A stretch of DNA of 64,000 nucleotides from Eledone cirrhosa (GCA_964016885.1 OZ024756.1:44392001-44456000), one strand, 5' to 3'; counted from the first letter of the stretch, positions 1 through 13,535 are shown. Translations and numbers: made by a program. The notes: generated from the letters alone by a model not told the origin.

Positions 1-435
1 CTTTCCTCTTTGGTGTCGATGGCAAGGATGCAACAAAATTACATTTCTAATTACAAATATGCTTAAGACTTTGAAGCTATATATATATATACAGAGAGAG
101 AAAGAGAGAGATAAATAAGTATGCATACGTACACACACATATCTGTGTGTGTGTTATATATATATATATATATTTATATATTTATATATATATATATATA
201 TATACACACAGAAAGAGAAAGATAGAGATAGATAGATGGATTTAATTTGAGAAATTGAATTAAATCTATTCGAAATTGCTTAAGCGAAAATTGCAAAAAT
301 TGTAAATATCCGCCGGAAAATGATTTTTTAAAGACTTTTTGTAGGTTTCTTTTTAAAATAAATTACGTTAGCAAGTTATGTAACTGTGTTCTGTTATTGG
401 GTTCTCTCATATTTTCCTTTCATATCACATTTCAT

Positions 436-597
436 AAGTGGCCAATTGTCAGAGTCTTTAGAAATTCGAATAGAATACTTTGCAGTATTTGTTTCGGCTT
501 TCAACTCTCTGAGTTCAAATCCATCCAGAGTCAACTTTACCTTTCATCCTTTCCAATTCTAAAAAAAGTACCAGTTAAGTATTTAGGTCGATTCCTC
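436..597 (+). mobile_element. degenerate tRNA-derived SINE, family A
   Basis: B-box GAGTTCAAATCC followed by GTCAACTTTACCTTTCATCCTT...AAGTACCAGT, homologous to the intact copies at 8277 and 34508. Confidence 0.7.
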
Positions 598-664
598 CTC
601 TATACCTCTTTCTCGCTTCCATTCTCTCACGCTCTATGATTTGTCCTTCTCTGGAAGAAAGTTA

Positions 665-993
665 GAACACATACAGACATGACAAACGTAAAAGCACATA
701 CACACACGCCGACGAAAACGCATGCACAAACATGAAAGACGCACAACAAAATGAAATAACGACAAAATTAAATAGAAATGTAATTACATAAAAAGAGGCA
801 CAAAATATCGATAGTCACTGAGAAGGTCACAGACTGGCGTGACGAAAGAGCTTTGATGAAAGAATAAAGATAAAGTGAAGTTATACGGTGCGTGTGTTCA
901 ATTGGTAAAGTGACCATACCCAAATATAACAATATTGGTTTCAAAATTCAACACGATTTCAAAACAAGATTCTTGCTGAACAAATACATAAAC
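665..993 (+). mobile_element. diverged solo Penelope-like pseudo-LTR
   Basis: Colinear with 6640-7034 and with the reverse complement of 5646-5882 (GTCACTGAGAAGGTCACAG..GTGACGAAAGAGCTTTGA; GGTGCGTGTG; ATAACAATATTGGTTTCAA; ATTCTTGCTGAACAAAT); ends in (GTAT)n. Confidence 0.75.
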
Positions 994-1036
994 GTATGTA
1001 TGTATGTATGTATGTATGTATGTATGTATGTATGTA

Positions 1037-1520
1037 TGGGAGAGATGACCCCTTAGCCTTTGTCAAGGCAGAATTCTAGGAGAAGGAAAACTCTGATATA
1101 ACACCTGCAACCCTGATGGTATCCAATGATGTTGACTTGTTCTTCTTTTTGGTAAATAGCATCTTGGTTAAGAGAGTGGGACTGGCTTTGTGCAGTGCCT
1201 TTGCTCACTATAAAAGCTTCACGGCACAGGCATTGCTTTATATCTGGAGATCTCTCTGCACTTGTCCTCACATGGGCCCAGCACTATGTGTCAATAATTG
1301 TCCTACCATGGGCCTAGCACTATGTGTCAATAATTGTCACAGGTGTAGTGTTTGTACCAGAGGTTTCAAGTCGCTGGCTGGACTAAAAAGTCACACTCGT
1401 TCAGCGCTTCGGTAGGGGTTATCATACATGGATGTAAAGTAGTGGCCGTACTCGAAAACGAGTTGGCAGCCACCATGTATGTATGTATGTATGTATGTAT
1501 GTATGTATGTATGTATGTAT
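1037..1520 (+). mobile_element. 5'-truncated copy of a bipartite RTE-derived non-autonomous retroposon with (TATG)n tail
   Basis: Near-identical to 1722-2181; encodes a C-terminal zinc-finger remnant CSVCTRGFKSLAGLKSHTR typical of RTE ORF ends. Confidence 0.7.
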
Positions 1521-2181
1521 TATGTCAGGTCACCAGTTGGTGCTACTGGTAACATGTATCCCAGTACAACCTGTCTCATGGTCGGGTCGTTGGCGACTAA
1601 ACTGGCAACCCCACCAAGGTTTCTTGGTGAGGAGGGTGACTTTGGACATCCTGCAGGACTAAAAACAAAACCTGTCATAGGGCAAAGGAGCTCTTAAGAG
1701 TCAATGGCCATCCAAAATCAGTGGGAGAGATGAACCCTTAGCCTTTGTCAAGGCAGAATTCTAGGAGAAGGAAAACTCTGATATAACACCTGCAACCCTG
1801 ATGGTATCCAATGATGTTGACTTGTTCTTCTTTTTGGTAAATATCATCTTGGTTAAGAGAGTGGGACTGGCTTTGTGCAGTGCCTTTGATCACTATAAAA
1901 GCTTCACGGCACAGGCATTGCTTTATATCTGCAGATCTCTCTGCACTTGTCGTCACATGGTACCATGAGCCCAGCACTGTCAATAATTGTCACATGTGTA
2001 GTGTTTGTACCAGAGTTTTCAAGTCGCTGGCTGGACTAAAAAGTCACACTCGTTCAGCGCATCGGTAGGGGTTCTCCTATATGGATATAAAGTAGTGGCC
2101 GTACTCGAAAACGAGTTAGCAGCCACCATGTATGTATGTATGTATGTATGTATGTATGTATGTATGTATGTATGTATGTAT
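1521..2181 (+). mobile_element. bipartite RTE-derived non-autonomous retroposon (5'UTR-like part fused to the 3' end of an RTE ORF), (TATG)n tail
   Basis: Contains the RTE 5'UTR-like motif CTAGGAGAAGGAAAACTCTGATAT joined to a CxxC..F.S..GL.SH.R coding remnant; tandem with the preceding copy. Confidence 0.65.
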
Positions 2182-2623
2182 GTGTGTGTGAGTGTGAATG
2201 TGTGTGTACACATATAGCTACTAATCTGAGGCTCTCTCAAGTGAATAATACGGAATTAAAAGTAAATGAATGAAAAAAAGAAAATCCATTTTCTCTGTTT
2301 TTCATTAATTAAGAATTTGTTTTCCTTCCTTTTAATCCGATCTTCTGTTTGTTGGATTAATATATATTCCTTCGTTGGCAGTAGCTTGACAACAACTGGA
2401 ACTAACATACTACTTCTAAATACCACCCTACTACCTTGCTATTGCTTCTCTTCCTTACCCCTCTTCATCATCATCTTAATGCTACTACTACTAGTACCAC
2501 TATCACTACCACTACTACCACCAACATTATGAATGATATTAGTATCAATATCAACAATGGTGTTTTCCTTTATCAGCTTTGATTTAAGTTGTTTTTTTTA
2601 ATGTTTTAGAATAGAAGAGCAGT

Positions 2624-3038
<415 letters not shown>

Positions 3039-3039
3039 T

Positions 3040-3216
3040 GGTTTCTGATTTAGGCACAAGGCCAACAATTTTGGGGGAAAAGTCGATTTAATCAACCCAG
3101 TGCGTTACTGGTAATTCACTTTATCGTCCCCGAAAGCTAAATTCGATGGATTTGAACTCGGTATATATATGCCGAAAAGCAAATATTCCTGCACCCTAGC
3201 AATGAATCTGCCAATC
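3040..3216 (-). mobile_element. tRNA-derived SINE family A, degenerate
   Basis: Reverse-complement match: GGCACAAGGCCA..ACTGGTA..TTTATCG..GGATTTGAACTC. Confidence 0.7.
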
Positions 3217-3732
3217 TAGGCTCTTCTCTCGTGACTAATAATCACTGTTGCCTTCGTGGGTCTGCAAGTATATACTGCCCGTACACTATTCTCATAAGTC
3301 TTACCTATCTACTGATGTTGTTCATTATCAGAATCATTATATTTCCTTTATATATTGATTACTTGTATGTCTAACGAACTACAGTGAAAATACTTCACTG
3401 ATGAGACCCAATATCATCGAAATATGCACCTTCCTCTCACCAGTTGGCCTTAAGTATATTAACTCTTAGCTTCTCCTTAATTTTACGAAACATTGGTTTA
3501 GCTGATACTATTAGTGTTGTCTCTTTTACTTACAATCTTTAAACTTATATATAAGTGTCTCTATGTGTGAGTAAGTGCGCATGTGTGAGGGAAAGAGAGA
3601 GAGAGAGAGTAAGTGTGTTTGTGTGAATAGTTTATCGTGATTTTACACTAGTGTGAGTTGCAATTAAGCGAAAATACTGTTAGATAGAGCGGAATAGAAT
3701 TCAATATTTATTCATTATTTATTCCCGGTCAT

Positions 3733-3770
3733 CCGTCGCCTGATGATCAGGAAACTCAGAGTTGCCACGG
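3733..3770 (+). ncRNA. type-I hammerhead ribozyme motif lacking helix II
   Basis: CCGTCGC-CTGATGA-TCAG-GAAAC-TCAGA-GTT-GCCACGG: helix I 6/7 bp, helix III ACTC/GAGT, GUU triplet; about 40 nt upstream of a (TA)n run. Confidence 0.6.
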
Positions 3771-3920
3771 GCTTGGCTTTGAATAAACAATCTTATATGT
3801 TTATGCATTATATATATATATATATATATGCACATATATATGTTTGTGTGCGTATACATATATAAACATATATATATATGTCTGTGTGTGTATATATATA
3901 TAAACATATATATATATGTC

Positions 3921-3981
<61 letters not shown>

Positions 3982-4984
3982 GTGTGTATGTATCAACGTA
4001 TGGATCAGTGAACATATACTTGATATTCAGTCAGGTATTATCTACAAAATGTGTTTTCCTAGTTTCCAGTTCTACACTGTGTCTAATTAACTTATTTATA
4101 CGTGAAAAAAACAAATAATTAACGACTAATACGTACAGGAAATTGTGTAATCAACGTGAAGTAATTGTGAATATGGACAGTGAATGCAACGGAGACCGTT
4201 CATTCACTCTTTCTACAACACTTAAATAAGTTACTTCCATTAAATTACATTGCTTCTTTTTCTCCACTACTGCTTTTTTGTTTGGTTTCGTTTCGATTCA
4301 TTTGGTAGGTAATACACAAATATAAATATATACCTGCTCTGCACCATCACCACCTCATCAGAGGTGTTTTGTTTTGTTTGTTTTTTGTAAAACGCCTCAG
4401 TCTTCATACGAGAGAAATATTATCGATCTGCTGTCAAACATGGGATTGTCTATGTTTTATATTAGCTAATGAAGAGAGAAAAATCCAACAACAACAAAAT
4501 AGGAAGGAAAGTAATAAAAAATGATTTACTTCGTTATTATAGTAGGATGGGTAGAATTAGTTTGTTTTCACTTGTGTCTCCAAATAAACCATACAAATAT
4601 CTATAACAACCACAACAGTCATTCAAACGTGCCTTGACACCGACAGAGTGAACTGTTATGCTGGAATATATACAACTAAAATACAAAAAAACAAACACCT
4701 TTAACATCAGAGAAACAAATATTTTAACGATAATTTCAAGTCTTGGCGTAAAGTTATTGAAGTTGTTCAAATCCCATGAAACTGTAAGTGAATTTTAAAC
4801 ACTATATCAACCCAGATAGGTGTAATTCTATCAGTGATCATAGAACTTGTCTAAGACGATCTACCGTTTTTCATGACAATATAGAACAGTTATAGGCAAA
4901 GTTAGGTACCCCGTTTTGGTTTTCAGAATGTCACACCTAAAGAAAATTATGCGATCCACCTTTTGATGAGCGACATCGCAAGGG

Positions 4985-5250
4985 CTATGTTGAAAAATAA
5001 ACCTCATTTGGTCATTCCATGAGAATATCTTGGTTAGCCTACGAAGGAATGATGCTAGAGCTGTGAAATGTTGCATGAATTAATTTTAACTCTTCTTATT
5101 AATAGCTGCATTGTTTCTTTCTAAGAACTATGTTGAAAAATAAACGTTATTTGGTCATTCCACGAGAGTATCTTGGTCAGACTATGATCAGCATTTTGTT
5201 ATTCCATGAGAGTATCTTGGTCAGCTTATGAATTTTTCAGCTGACCCTGG
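4985..5250 (+). repeat. unclassified interspersed repeat (family X) with internal tandem duplication
   Basis: GATGCTAGAGCTGTGAAAT...CATTCCATGAGAGTATCTTGGTCAG recurs at 18348-18512 (+) and 52510-52685 (-). Confidence 0.75.
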
Positions 5251-5582
5251 TATGTTTACAGTGTTTAGTCGTGCTATTTACAATGCAATATTAAGTATCT
5301 AACTGCCTCGTTTTTCATTCGTCCTTCCCAAGGCCCCTATTATTCAAGGGTTTATTTCTGCTTTAAATCATTATATTCAGGTTATGTCTATTTCCAGATT
5401 CTTTATAAATGGATAATTTCTTCATTTCCTTTAGAGTTGAGGGGCAGATATTTCAATTAAGCCCTTCCTTTCTATGCAATCATCGATAACAATATCCGGC
5501 ATTATTACTTTGATTTCTCTGTTTATACGAATTGTCATATGATAGTAATTAAGGGAATGAGAGAAAAAGATAGATGAAAGTA

Positions 5583-5647
<65 letters not shown>

Positions 5648-5880
5648 TTTCTGAATTTGTTTAGCAAGATTCTTTATCTGAAAACGTGTGTTGAAACCGA
5701 TATTGTTATACTTTGGGAGGGTCATGTTGCCAGTAAGAAATACACGCACCAGTTGCTTTCACTTCAATTTATTATAAATTAAATTTATAAATTTAGGAAT
5801 TTATAAATTTTTGGTTGGTTGGTTGGTTCCACAACCAGGCGATTGTTCATATATTGTCAAAGTTCTTTCGCCACACATTC

Positions 5881-6637
5881 TGGTAAATAATGATACAAAT
5901 GGGACCTGCCCCTTGTATAGCAGCAAATTTTGGAATAGAATAGAAAGAACTAGGAGCCAGAACCAAATGGGAAAAATGCTAAATAATGATACAAATGGGA
6001 CCTGCCCCATGTATAGAATACATTTTGGTATAGAATAGAAATAACTAGGAATAAGGTTAATAGAATAAACTCATGGTATGATAGCAATAAATACCAGAGT
6101 GTAATGTTCATCGATACATCCCCTAGAGGTGAATTAGCTTACAAATTTAGAAGGGCCCTAGATAAACATAAACTCAATATTAAGATAGTAGAAAGACAAG
6201 GTACCTCCATAAAAACACTTATTAGCGATACATACCCTTTTCAAAGACCTCCCTGTATAGATAAGAAATGTATAATCTGTAAATTAAGCCCCCATATTAA
6301 CTGTAAAACTAGAAATGTAGTATATAGCATAAGATGTACTGAAAGACAATGTAGAGATAAGAATATAGTGTACATAGGTGAGACAGCTCGTAGTATAGGG
6401 GAACGGATAAATGAACACTGGCGAGAGCTTCAAGATAGTAAAGAATCATCTGTACTCCACCAACATGCTAAAATAGAACATAAGGGTAAATTAGAGAACA
6501 TAGAAATAAAAATAGAATCTACACACAGAAAAGACGCAATGTTTAGAAAAATCACAGAGGCAATAAACATAAATGAACTCCAACCAAAATTAAATAGAAA
6601 ACATGAATGGAACAGCAACATCACAATTTACAATTAA
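5881..6637 (+). pseudogene. PLE ORF C-terminus: end of RT thumb, Cys-rich linker and GIY-YIG endonuclease
   Basis: CIDKKCIIC...C..RNVVYSIRC....C....VYIGETARSIGERINEH...HAKIEH...RKITEAININELQPKLNRKHEW; 5' part has a tandem duplication of about 100 bp and a frameshift. Confidence 0.9.
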
Positions 6638-6836
6638 GGACAAAATGAAAACACACACACACATAGAACAAACAACCAACCAGTAACATCTAAATAAACA
6701 AATAAATAAACAAATATAAACACACACACAGACACCCGGATGTAACACATGCGCAAATTAAGCACACAACACACACAAAAACAAGATGGCGTAGGGCAGA
6801 ACAAAGGAGAGGCACAAAAACAAAGAAAAGAATCCC

Positions 6837-6879
6837 GTCACTGAAGAGGTCACAGAATGTGTGACGAAAGAACTTTGAC
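6837..6879 (+). ncRNA. minimal type-I hammerhead ribozyme in PLE pseudo-LTR
   Basis: GTCA-CTGAAGAG-GTCAC-AGAATGT-GTGAC-GAAAG-AA-CTT-TGAC; predicted cleavage after 6875. Confidence 0.85.
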
Positions 6880-8276
6880 AATATATGAACAATCGTCTGG
6901 TTGTGGAACCAACCAACCAACCGGAAATGTATAAATTCCTAAATTTATAAATTTAATTTATAATAAATTGAAGTGAAAGCAACTGGTGCGTGTGTGTCTT
7001 ATTGGCAACATGACCCTCCCAAAGTATAACAATATATATATATATAATTGGTGTTGGGTGCTTAAAGCGTACGTATGCAGCCGGCCGTATGAGCACTCGA
7101 TGCCCTCGTAGAGCAGAGTATGACATCACAAAAAAAAGAGAATCAGTGTTGCGACGAAAGGAATAAATTCCTTTCGTCGCAATATATGTATGTATATGTA
7201 TACGTGTGCGTAGGAGGGGGGGGGGGGTAGTTGTGCATATGTATGTATAAACACATCATATGCACACAAAATAGAACACGCATATATACACAGTATATGC
7301 CTGCAACGTGGAGATGCGTGGCTAGGGTGTTCGGTTCGCAAATGTAAGGTTGCGTGGTTGATTCCTGCCAATTCACGTCTCTATACTATAATACAATACA
7401 TTACTCAATATTACAACCACAACAACACTTGCAGTAGTTGCCAAATCTCCCCCAGATCACATACACTACATTTAACAACCTTGGACTACATTTCACCGGT
7501 GGATCCTCCGTCAGTTTCGACGATGAACATGAACTGTATCGATCAAATAAACACCCGACCTATAAAACTGGTGTGTAGGTGGTTGAGTATTCCGCTGGCT
7601 TGTGTAAACTTACTGTAATTCCCAATCCAAATCAGTCCAGCTTTATATTAAAAGTACAATTTATTCATCTGATGATCTTCGACATATTTTCCATCTACCC
7701 AATTTCCCTTCCGCTGAGTCGAGGTTATTTTAAAGACCCTTGTCTCAAATACCTCTAATGTGACAAAACTAGAGTCATAACAATTAAGTATTCTCTCTAA
7801 AAACTCAGCCATGCTTGGATAAGGCCATTTTAAAGACCCTTGTCTCAAATATCACGTAATAGGACCAAATTAGAACCCTTACGATGGTGAAATATTCTCT
7901 TTAACCTCTAAGCTATGCTTGCATACATTACACGCGATGACACTATTGCACAAAAGTACATCACAATAATTTGGATTATACTACCTATAAATTCTTCTCT
8001 AAAATTTTATTAATTTCGTATATTCAATTTCAACATTTTAATAGATTTTTTATTGTTGTTATTTTTTCGTGTAAATCTTCTTCGTGTACATCTGTTCTTA
8101 ATTAGCAGCTGAGTTCGCTATTCATTAATTTCAATGTAAGCTATTTTTTTTATTAATCTCTTTCAGCTAATAATTAATTTCAAAATTGAATAGCAGCAGC
8201 ACCATCCTTCTCATCTTCCTCATCATCGTCATCAGCATCATAACACCATCGTCATCATTATTTTCATTATCATAAG

Positions 8277-8465
8277 GGCGGTGGATTGGCAGTATCGGTA
8301 GAGGGTCGGACGCCATGCTTTCCAGCATAGTTACGTCTCTTTACGATCTGAGTTCAAATCCCGCCGAGGTTGACTTTGCCTTTCATCCTTACGGGGTCGA
8401 TAAAATAAAGTACCAGTAATGTACTGGATAATTGCTGGCCCTGTGCCAAAAGTAGAAACAATTAT
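8277..8465 (+). mobile_element. full-length tRNA-derived SINE family A
   Basis: A-box-like TGGCAGTATCGG, B-box GAGTTCAAATCC, conserved body GCCTTTCATCCTTACGGGGTCGATAAAATAAAGTACCAGT, (ATT)n tail. Confidence 0.9.
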
Positions 8466-9174
8466 TTTCATTATCATCATCATCACTAACGCTGTCGACG
8501 TTGCAGTTATCAATCATTGTAGCTATTATAGTCATCGTTATCATCATCATCAATATTATCTTCATCAACATCACAGTCGTTTTTACCATTAACATTATCA
8601 TCAGTATGAGTAACACTTTCCTTTTTCAACGAAAATATATGGCTTCTTATCGGTTAGACACTGCGGCCCGGAGACCTTCACTGGTTTCACTTGTGTTGGG
8701 AACTTCCTAGGTGCAAATCCCATGGTCATTCGTTACCGAAGGGGATCTTATATATATATATATATAATAAATAAATAAATATATTATCGGACAACGCTAA
8801 TAGCGATACTCCGGCCAAATCCCAACTCACTCAACAATCATTAAGAACTAAGTGAGTATATTCCTAATTAAACGTTCGAGGTGCTAGCTAATTGTATTGT
8901 GTGGAAAATTGGCTGTATTATTTCATATGAGATATATCGAATATATCTCTTCCCAGACGGACGTCTCGTTTCATTATAAGATTCCTACAATTTGGGTGAA
9001 ATTATACCAATTTATGCAGAAGCTTGTATAAGATCAGATACTTATTCAAGTGGGCTCTTATAATTCTTCAGTGGGTGATAGAGTTAGCTTCTACAGGGAA
9101 GCCTGATGATTTCTTTTGCATGAAACGCTTGGCGCCGCGGTCGCGATTTCACACACATCTCTCTCTCATTATAT

Positions 9175-9357
9175 TGGATTGGCAGTATCGGTAGAGAGTC
9201 GGACGCCATGCTTTCCAGCATAGTTACGTCCCTTTACGATTTGAATTCAAATCCCGCCGAGGTTGACTTTGCCTTTCATCCTTACGGGGTCGATAAAATA
9301 AAGTACCAGTAATGTACTGGGTAATTGCTGGCCTTGTGCCAAAAGTAGAAACAATTA
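9175..9357 (+). mobile_element. SINE family A
   Basis: Near-identical to 8277-8465. Confidence 0.9.
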
Positions 9358-9871
9358 TATATATATATATAGTATGTATGTGCGTGAGAAGTGTACATTC
9401 TGAGAGCGAGACAGTAATTCCATACAGAATTTCTCGCTAATGGAATTCTTTAAAAATCATCCGGTGTCTGATTGTTTTGTGTTGTTTTCTTTCCTCTGTG
9501 ATGTTGGAAGTTGTGTTGTCATAGCGAATAACAATGAATTAGACACTGCAGCGGATATAGGTAATGTATAAATAAATGGCTGTGTGGCTGAGTAGGTGTG
9601 TGTGTGTGTTAGAGTGAGAAACATGGATATTTTAGATAGGTAGATTGGTAAGTAGCAAGGTATGTAGGTATGTATGGAGATAGATAGATAGACGGTTAAA
9701 TGAATATATATATATATAATCATATATATATATATATATGCTTATATATATATGAGCATATATATATATGAGAATATATATATATGAGCATATATATATA
9801 TATGAGCATATATATATATATGAGCATATATATATATAAATGAGCAGGTATATATATATATGAGCATTTAT

Positions 9872-9986
9872 ATAAAGGATTGTAAATAAAACGAGTAAAT
9901 CAGACAAAGTTGGAATGCCTCTTATTAATATAATCTTCTATACACAATCATACACACCCGTGTATATTTATCTATCTATCTATCTA

Positions 9987-10067
<81 letters not shown>

Positions 10068-10430
10068 ATGATTGTGTATAGAAGATTATATTAATAAGAG
10101 GAATTCCAACTTTGTCTGATTTACTCGTTTTATTTACAATCCTTTAAAATTTATAATGGTATTATAATGAAATAGTATGATAGAATATTAAATTCTAAGT
10201 GTTAATTGAACAAGTACTTTCATGCTTTTGCAATTTTCAACAGTTGAAAACTTGACTGTCACCACTTATTATGAACCTGAAGATTGCAAAAGCATGAAAG
10301 TACTTGTTCAATTAACACTTAGAATTTAATATTCTATCATACTATTTCATTATAATACCATTATAAATTTTAAAGGATTGTAAATAAAACGAGTAAATCA
10401 GACAAAGTTGGAATTCCTCTTATTAATATA
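9872..10430. mobile_element. triple alternating-orientation copy of a hammerhead-bearing pLTR-like element
   Basis: 9872-9957 (+), 10057-10239 (-), 10272-10430 (+) are mutually homologous. Confidence 0.85.
10272..10310 (+). ncRNA. minimal type-I hammerhead ribozyme
   Basis: TGAAC-CTGAAGA-TTGC-AAAA-GCAT-GAAAG-TA-CTT-GTTCA; palindromic AAGTACTT helix III. Confidence 0.8.
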
Positions 10431-10463
10431 TATATATATATATGTATGAGCATATATATGAGC

Positions 10464-10494
<31 letters not shown>

Positions 10495-10670
10495 CATATA
10501 TATATATATATAAGCATATATATATATGAGCATATATATATATATATAAGCATATATATATATGAGCATATATATATATATATAAGCATATATATATATG
10601 CTCATATATATATATATATATAAGCATATATTTATATATATATATATATGCTTATATATATATATATGGT

Positions 10671-10709
<39 letters not shown>

Positions 10710-10736
10710 ATGCTCATATATTTATATATATATATG

Positions 10737-10834
<98 letters not shown>

Positions 10835-10862
10835 TATGCTCATATATTTATATATATATATG

Positions 10863-10915
<53 letters not shown>

Positions 10916-10984
10916 ATATATATATATATATATATGTGTATATATATATATATATATATGCTCATATATTTATATATATATATG

Positions 10985-11028
<44 letters not shown>

Positions 11029-11175
11029 CATATATATATATAAATATATGAGCATATATATATATATATATATATAAGCATATATATATATATATGAGCA
11101 TATATATATATATATATATATAAGCATATATATACATATATATATGAGCATATATATATATATATATATATATAA

Positions 11176-11300
<125 letters not shown>

Positions 11301-11730
11301 AGCATATATATATATGAGCATATATATATAAAATAGCTTTGCCTGCTTGTAAACATATGTTGTTTTATGTGATACCTTTGCCTCGCAGAAATTATATATG
11401 CCTAGTACTATTGCTTGTTTCCTTCCTGTATATGCCTATTGCATTTGCACTTTCTATACCCTTGCATATGTACTGCTAGTGTCCTCGTTTCACGAGTAAC
11501 TTTCTACCTTAATGTCTCTAATTGTTATACTAATCTCTGTCGCATGCATTCCACTCTGAGCCTTTTTAACTTTAATGTTTAATTTTAATTATTGTACAAT
11601 TCTCTTGAAATCTATGTCGCATCCATTCCACTCTGTAAATACGGAACTGTTGTTGGAAACATTAATATCCCTGTATCTATATGATTGTTCAGTTGAATAG
11701 GAGGTTAATTATATGTACAAACATTGCTAA

Positions 11731-11777
11731 TGCTCCGATGATTCCAAATGATAGTTTCGAAGAAACGATTGTCAGCA
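11731..11777 (+). ncRNA. type-I hammerhead variant (CCGAUGA core) in a non-coding element of about 11330-11815
   Basis: TGCT-CCGATGA-TTCCAAAT-GATA-GTTTCGAA-GAAAC-GATT-GTC-AGCA. Confidence 0.7.
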
Positions 11778-11928
11778 ATAAAATGATTTGAACATAGCTT
11801 TGATTATTGTGTAATTTATATATAAGCATATATATATATATATATATATGTATGAGCATATATATATATATATAAGCATATATATATATATATATATATA
11901 AGCATATATATATATATATATATATGAG

Positions 11929-11966
<38 letters not shown>

Positions 11967-12019
11967 CATATATATATATGTGCATATATAAATATGAGCA
12001 TATATATATATATATATGA

Positions 12020-12094
<75 letters not shown>

Positions 12095-12164
12095 CATATA
12101 TATATATTATATGAGCATATATATATATATATATATATGAGCATATATATATATATATGTATAT

Positions 12165-13163
12165 ATAACTTTGAATAACTTTGAAATGTTTTGGCCAGTA
12201 TTGGCCCAGGCCATGTCTAACTTAATAGCACCACCTGGCGAAGTCTTTCAATTCAGGATTTGGGCACCATGGCCCATTCGAGAAGAGAATTACTGTTTGC
12301 GGAGACATATCCGGGTGTGGGTGGTTTGTCCGGGATTACTTGGAGGAATTTGTCCAAAGACTTCTTGAATTTTGTGTGGTCAGTTTCTGTTTTGACGTGT
12401 CCTAGTGTGATGTTGAAGAGAGCAGGGCCGATTGAGGTGAAATAATTGTGCCGTATTATTGTTATGAGTTGCGATTTAGATTTTTGAATGGGACGGATAG
12501 CACGGGGCCCAAGCCTTGGGTGTATCTTGAAGGCGATGCCAACATCATTTGGGCAGTGATGATGGAACATTTTCCACATCATGCAGATAATATAACGCTC
12601 ACGGCGACGTTGGAGTGAGTAAAGTTTCAGGTTTTCTAGTCGACCCCAGTAGTCAAGGTCTGACATGCCATCTATCTTTTTCGTGATTGCCCTTTGAGGA
12701 GCTTCAAGTTTCATGATACTTTGTTTCGTGTGGGGAGACCACAGTGGACAACAGTATTCAAGGTGTGGTCGGGCAAAAGTAGAGAAGAGAAGGATAATGG
12801 TGTGGGAATCTCTCGACTGGAAGGTTCTGAGGATCCAGGAACACATTCTGCGGGCCATGTCAACTTTGCTGCTTATATGCGTGGCCCAGTTTATGTTGCT
12901 GTCCACGGTTACTCCCAAGTCTCTGATGTTGTTAGATGCCACGAGAGTTTCCCCGGAGGGAAGGGAGTACGGGAGTTTCAGAGCATCCTCTTTTCCAAAG
13001 TGGATCAGTTCGAATTTGTCTTCGTTCAGTAACATGTTGTTCTTTTCCGCCCATTGGGTAACAACCAGTAGGTCTGACTGAAGGCTTATCCGGTCATCCA
13101 CGCCATTGATGACCTTTTGGAGCTTGGAATCATCAGCGAAAATTTTAATGTTGCTGTGTTTGA

Positions 13164-13167
<4 letters not shown>
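12165..13167 (-). mobile_element. 5'-truncated CR1/L2-group LINE (RT C-terminal half, short 3'UTR, TTCAAAGTTA x2 tail)
   Basis: Open frame 13167-12253: IKIFADDSKL...LQSDL...W...N.M.LNEDKFELIHFG...RDLGV...RPHLEYCCPLWSP...LYSLQRRRER. Confidence 0.92.
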
Positions 13168-13228
<61 letters not shown>

Positions 13229-13230
13229 GA

Positions 13231-13271
<41 letters not shown>

Positions 13272-13275
13272 GAGC

Positions 13276-13308
<33 letters not shown>

Positions 13309-13311
13309 GAG

Positions 13312-13342
<31 letters not shown>

Positions 13343-13345
13343 AGC

Positions 13346-13376
<31 letters not shown>

Positions 13377-13407
13377 GAGCATATATATATATATATATAT
13401 TATATGA

Positions 13408-13458
<51 letters not shown>

Positions 13459-13476
13459 CATATATATATATATACC

Positions 13477-13508
<32 letters not shown>

Positions 13509-13535
13509 CATATATATATACATATATATATATAC

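Larger units (their letters stand above)
5646..7034 (+). mobile_element. 5'-truncated Penelope-like element (Neptune-type) with inverted 5' pseudo-LTR, flanked by (TA)n
   Basis: 5646-5882 is the reverse complement of the 3' pLTR (about 6853-7034, extending further 3'); GIY-YIG ORF lies between; second family member at 62767-64000. Confidence 0.92.

Noticed and set aside
1116-1415. Host C2H2 zinc-finger gene
   Set aside because: A single finger inside a duplicated retroposon with a (TATG)n tail; it matches the RTE ORF C-terminus.
3383-3430. CTGATGA..GAAA at 3398 as a hammerhead
   Set aside because: Helix II is only 2 bp and no NUH triplet fits either helix I arrangement.
5646-7034. DNA transposon with long TIRs
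   Set aside because: The internal ORF is a PLE GIY-YIG, and the arms are unequal pLTR copies that also occur solo.
9099-9145. CTGATGATTTCTTTTGCATGAAAC (similar motif at 31185)
   Set aside because: It may be a decayed hammerhead, but helix II and the cleavage triplet are not supportable.
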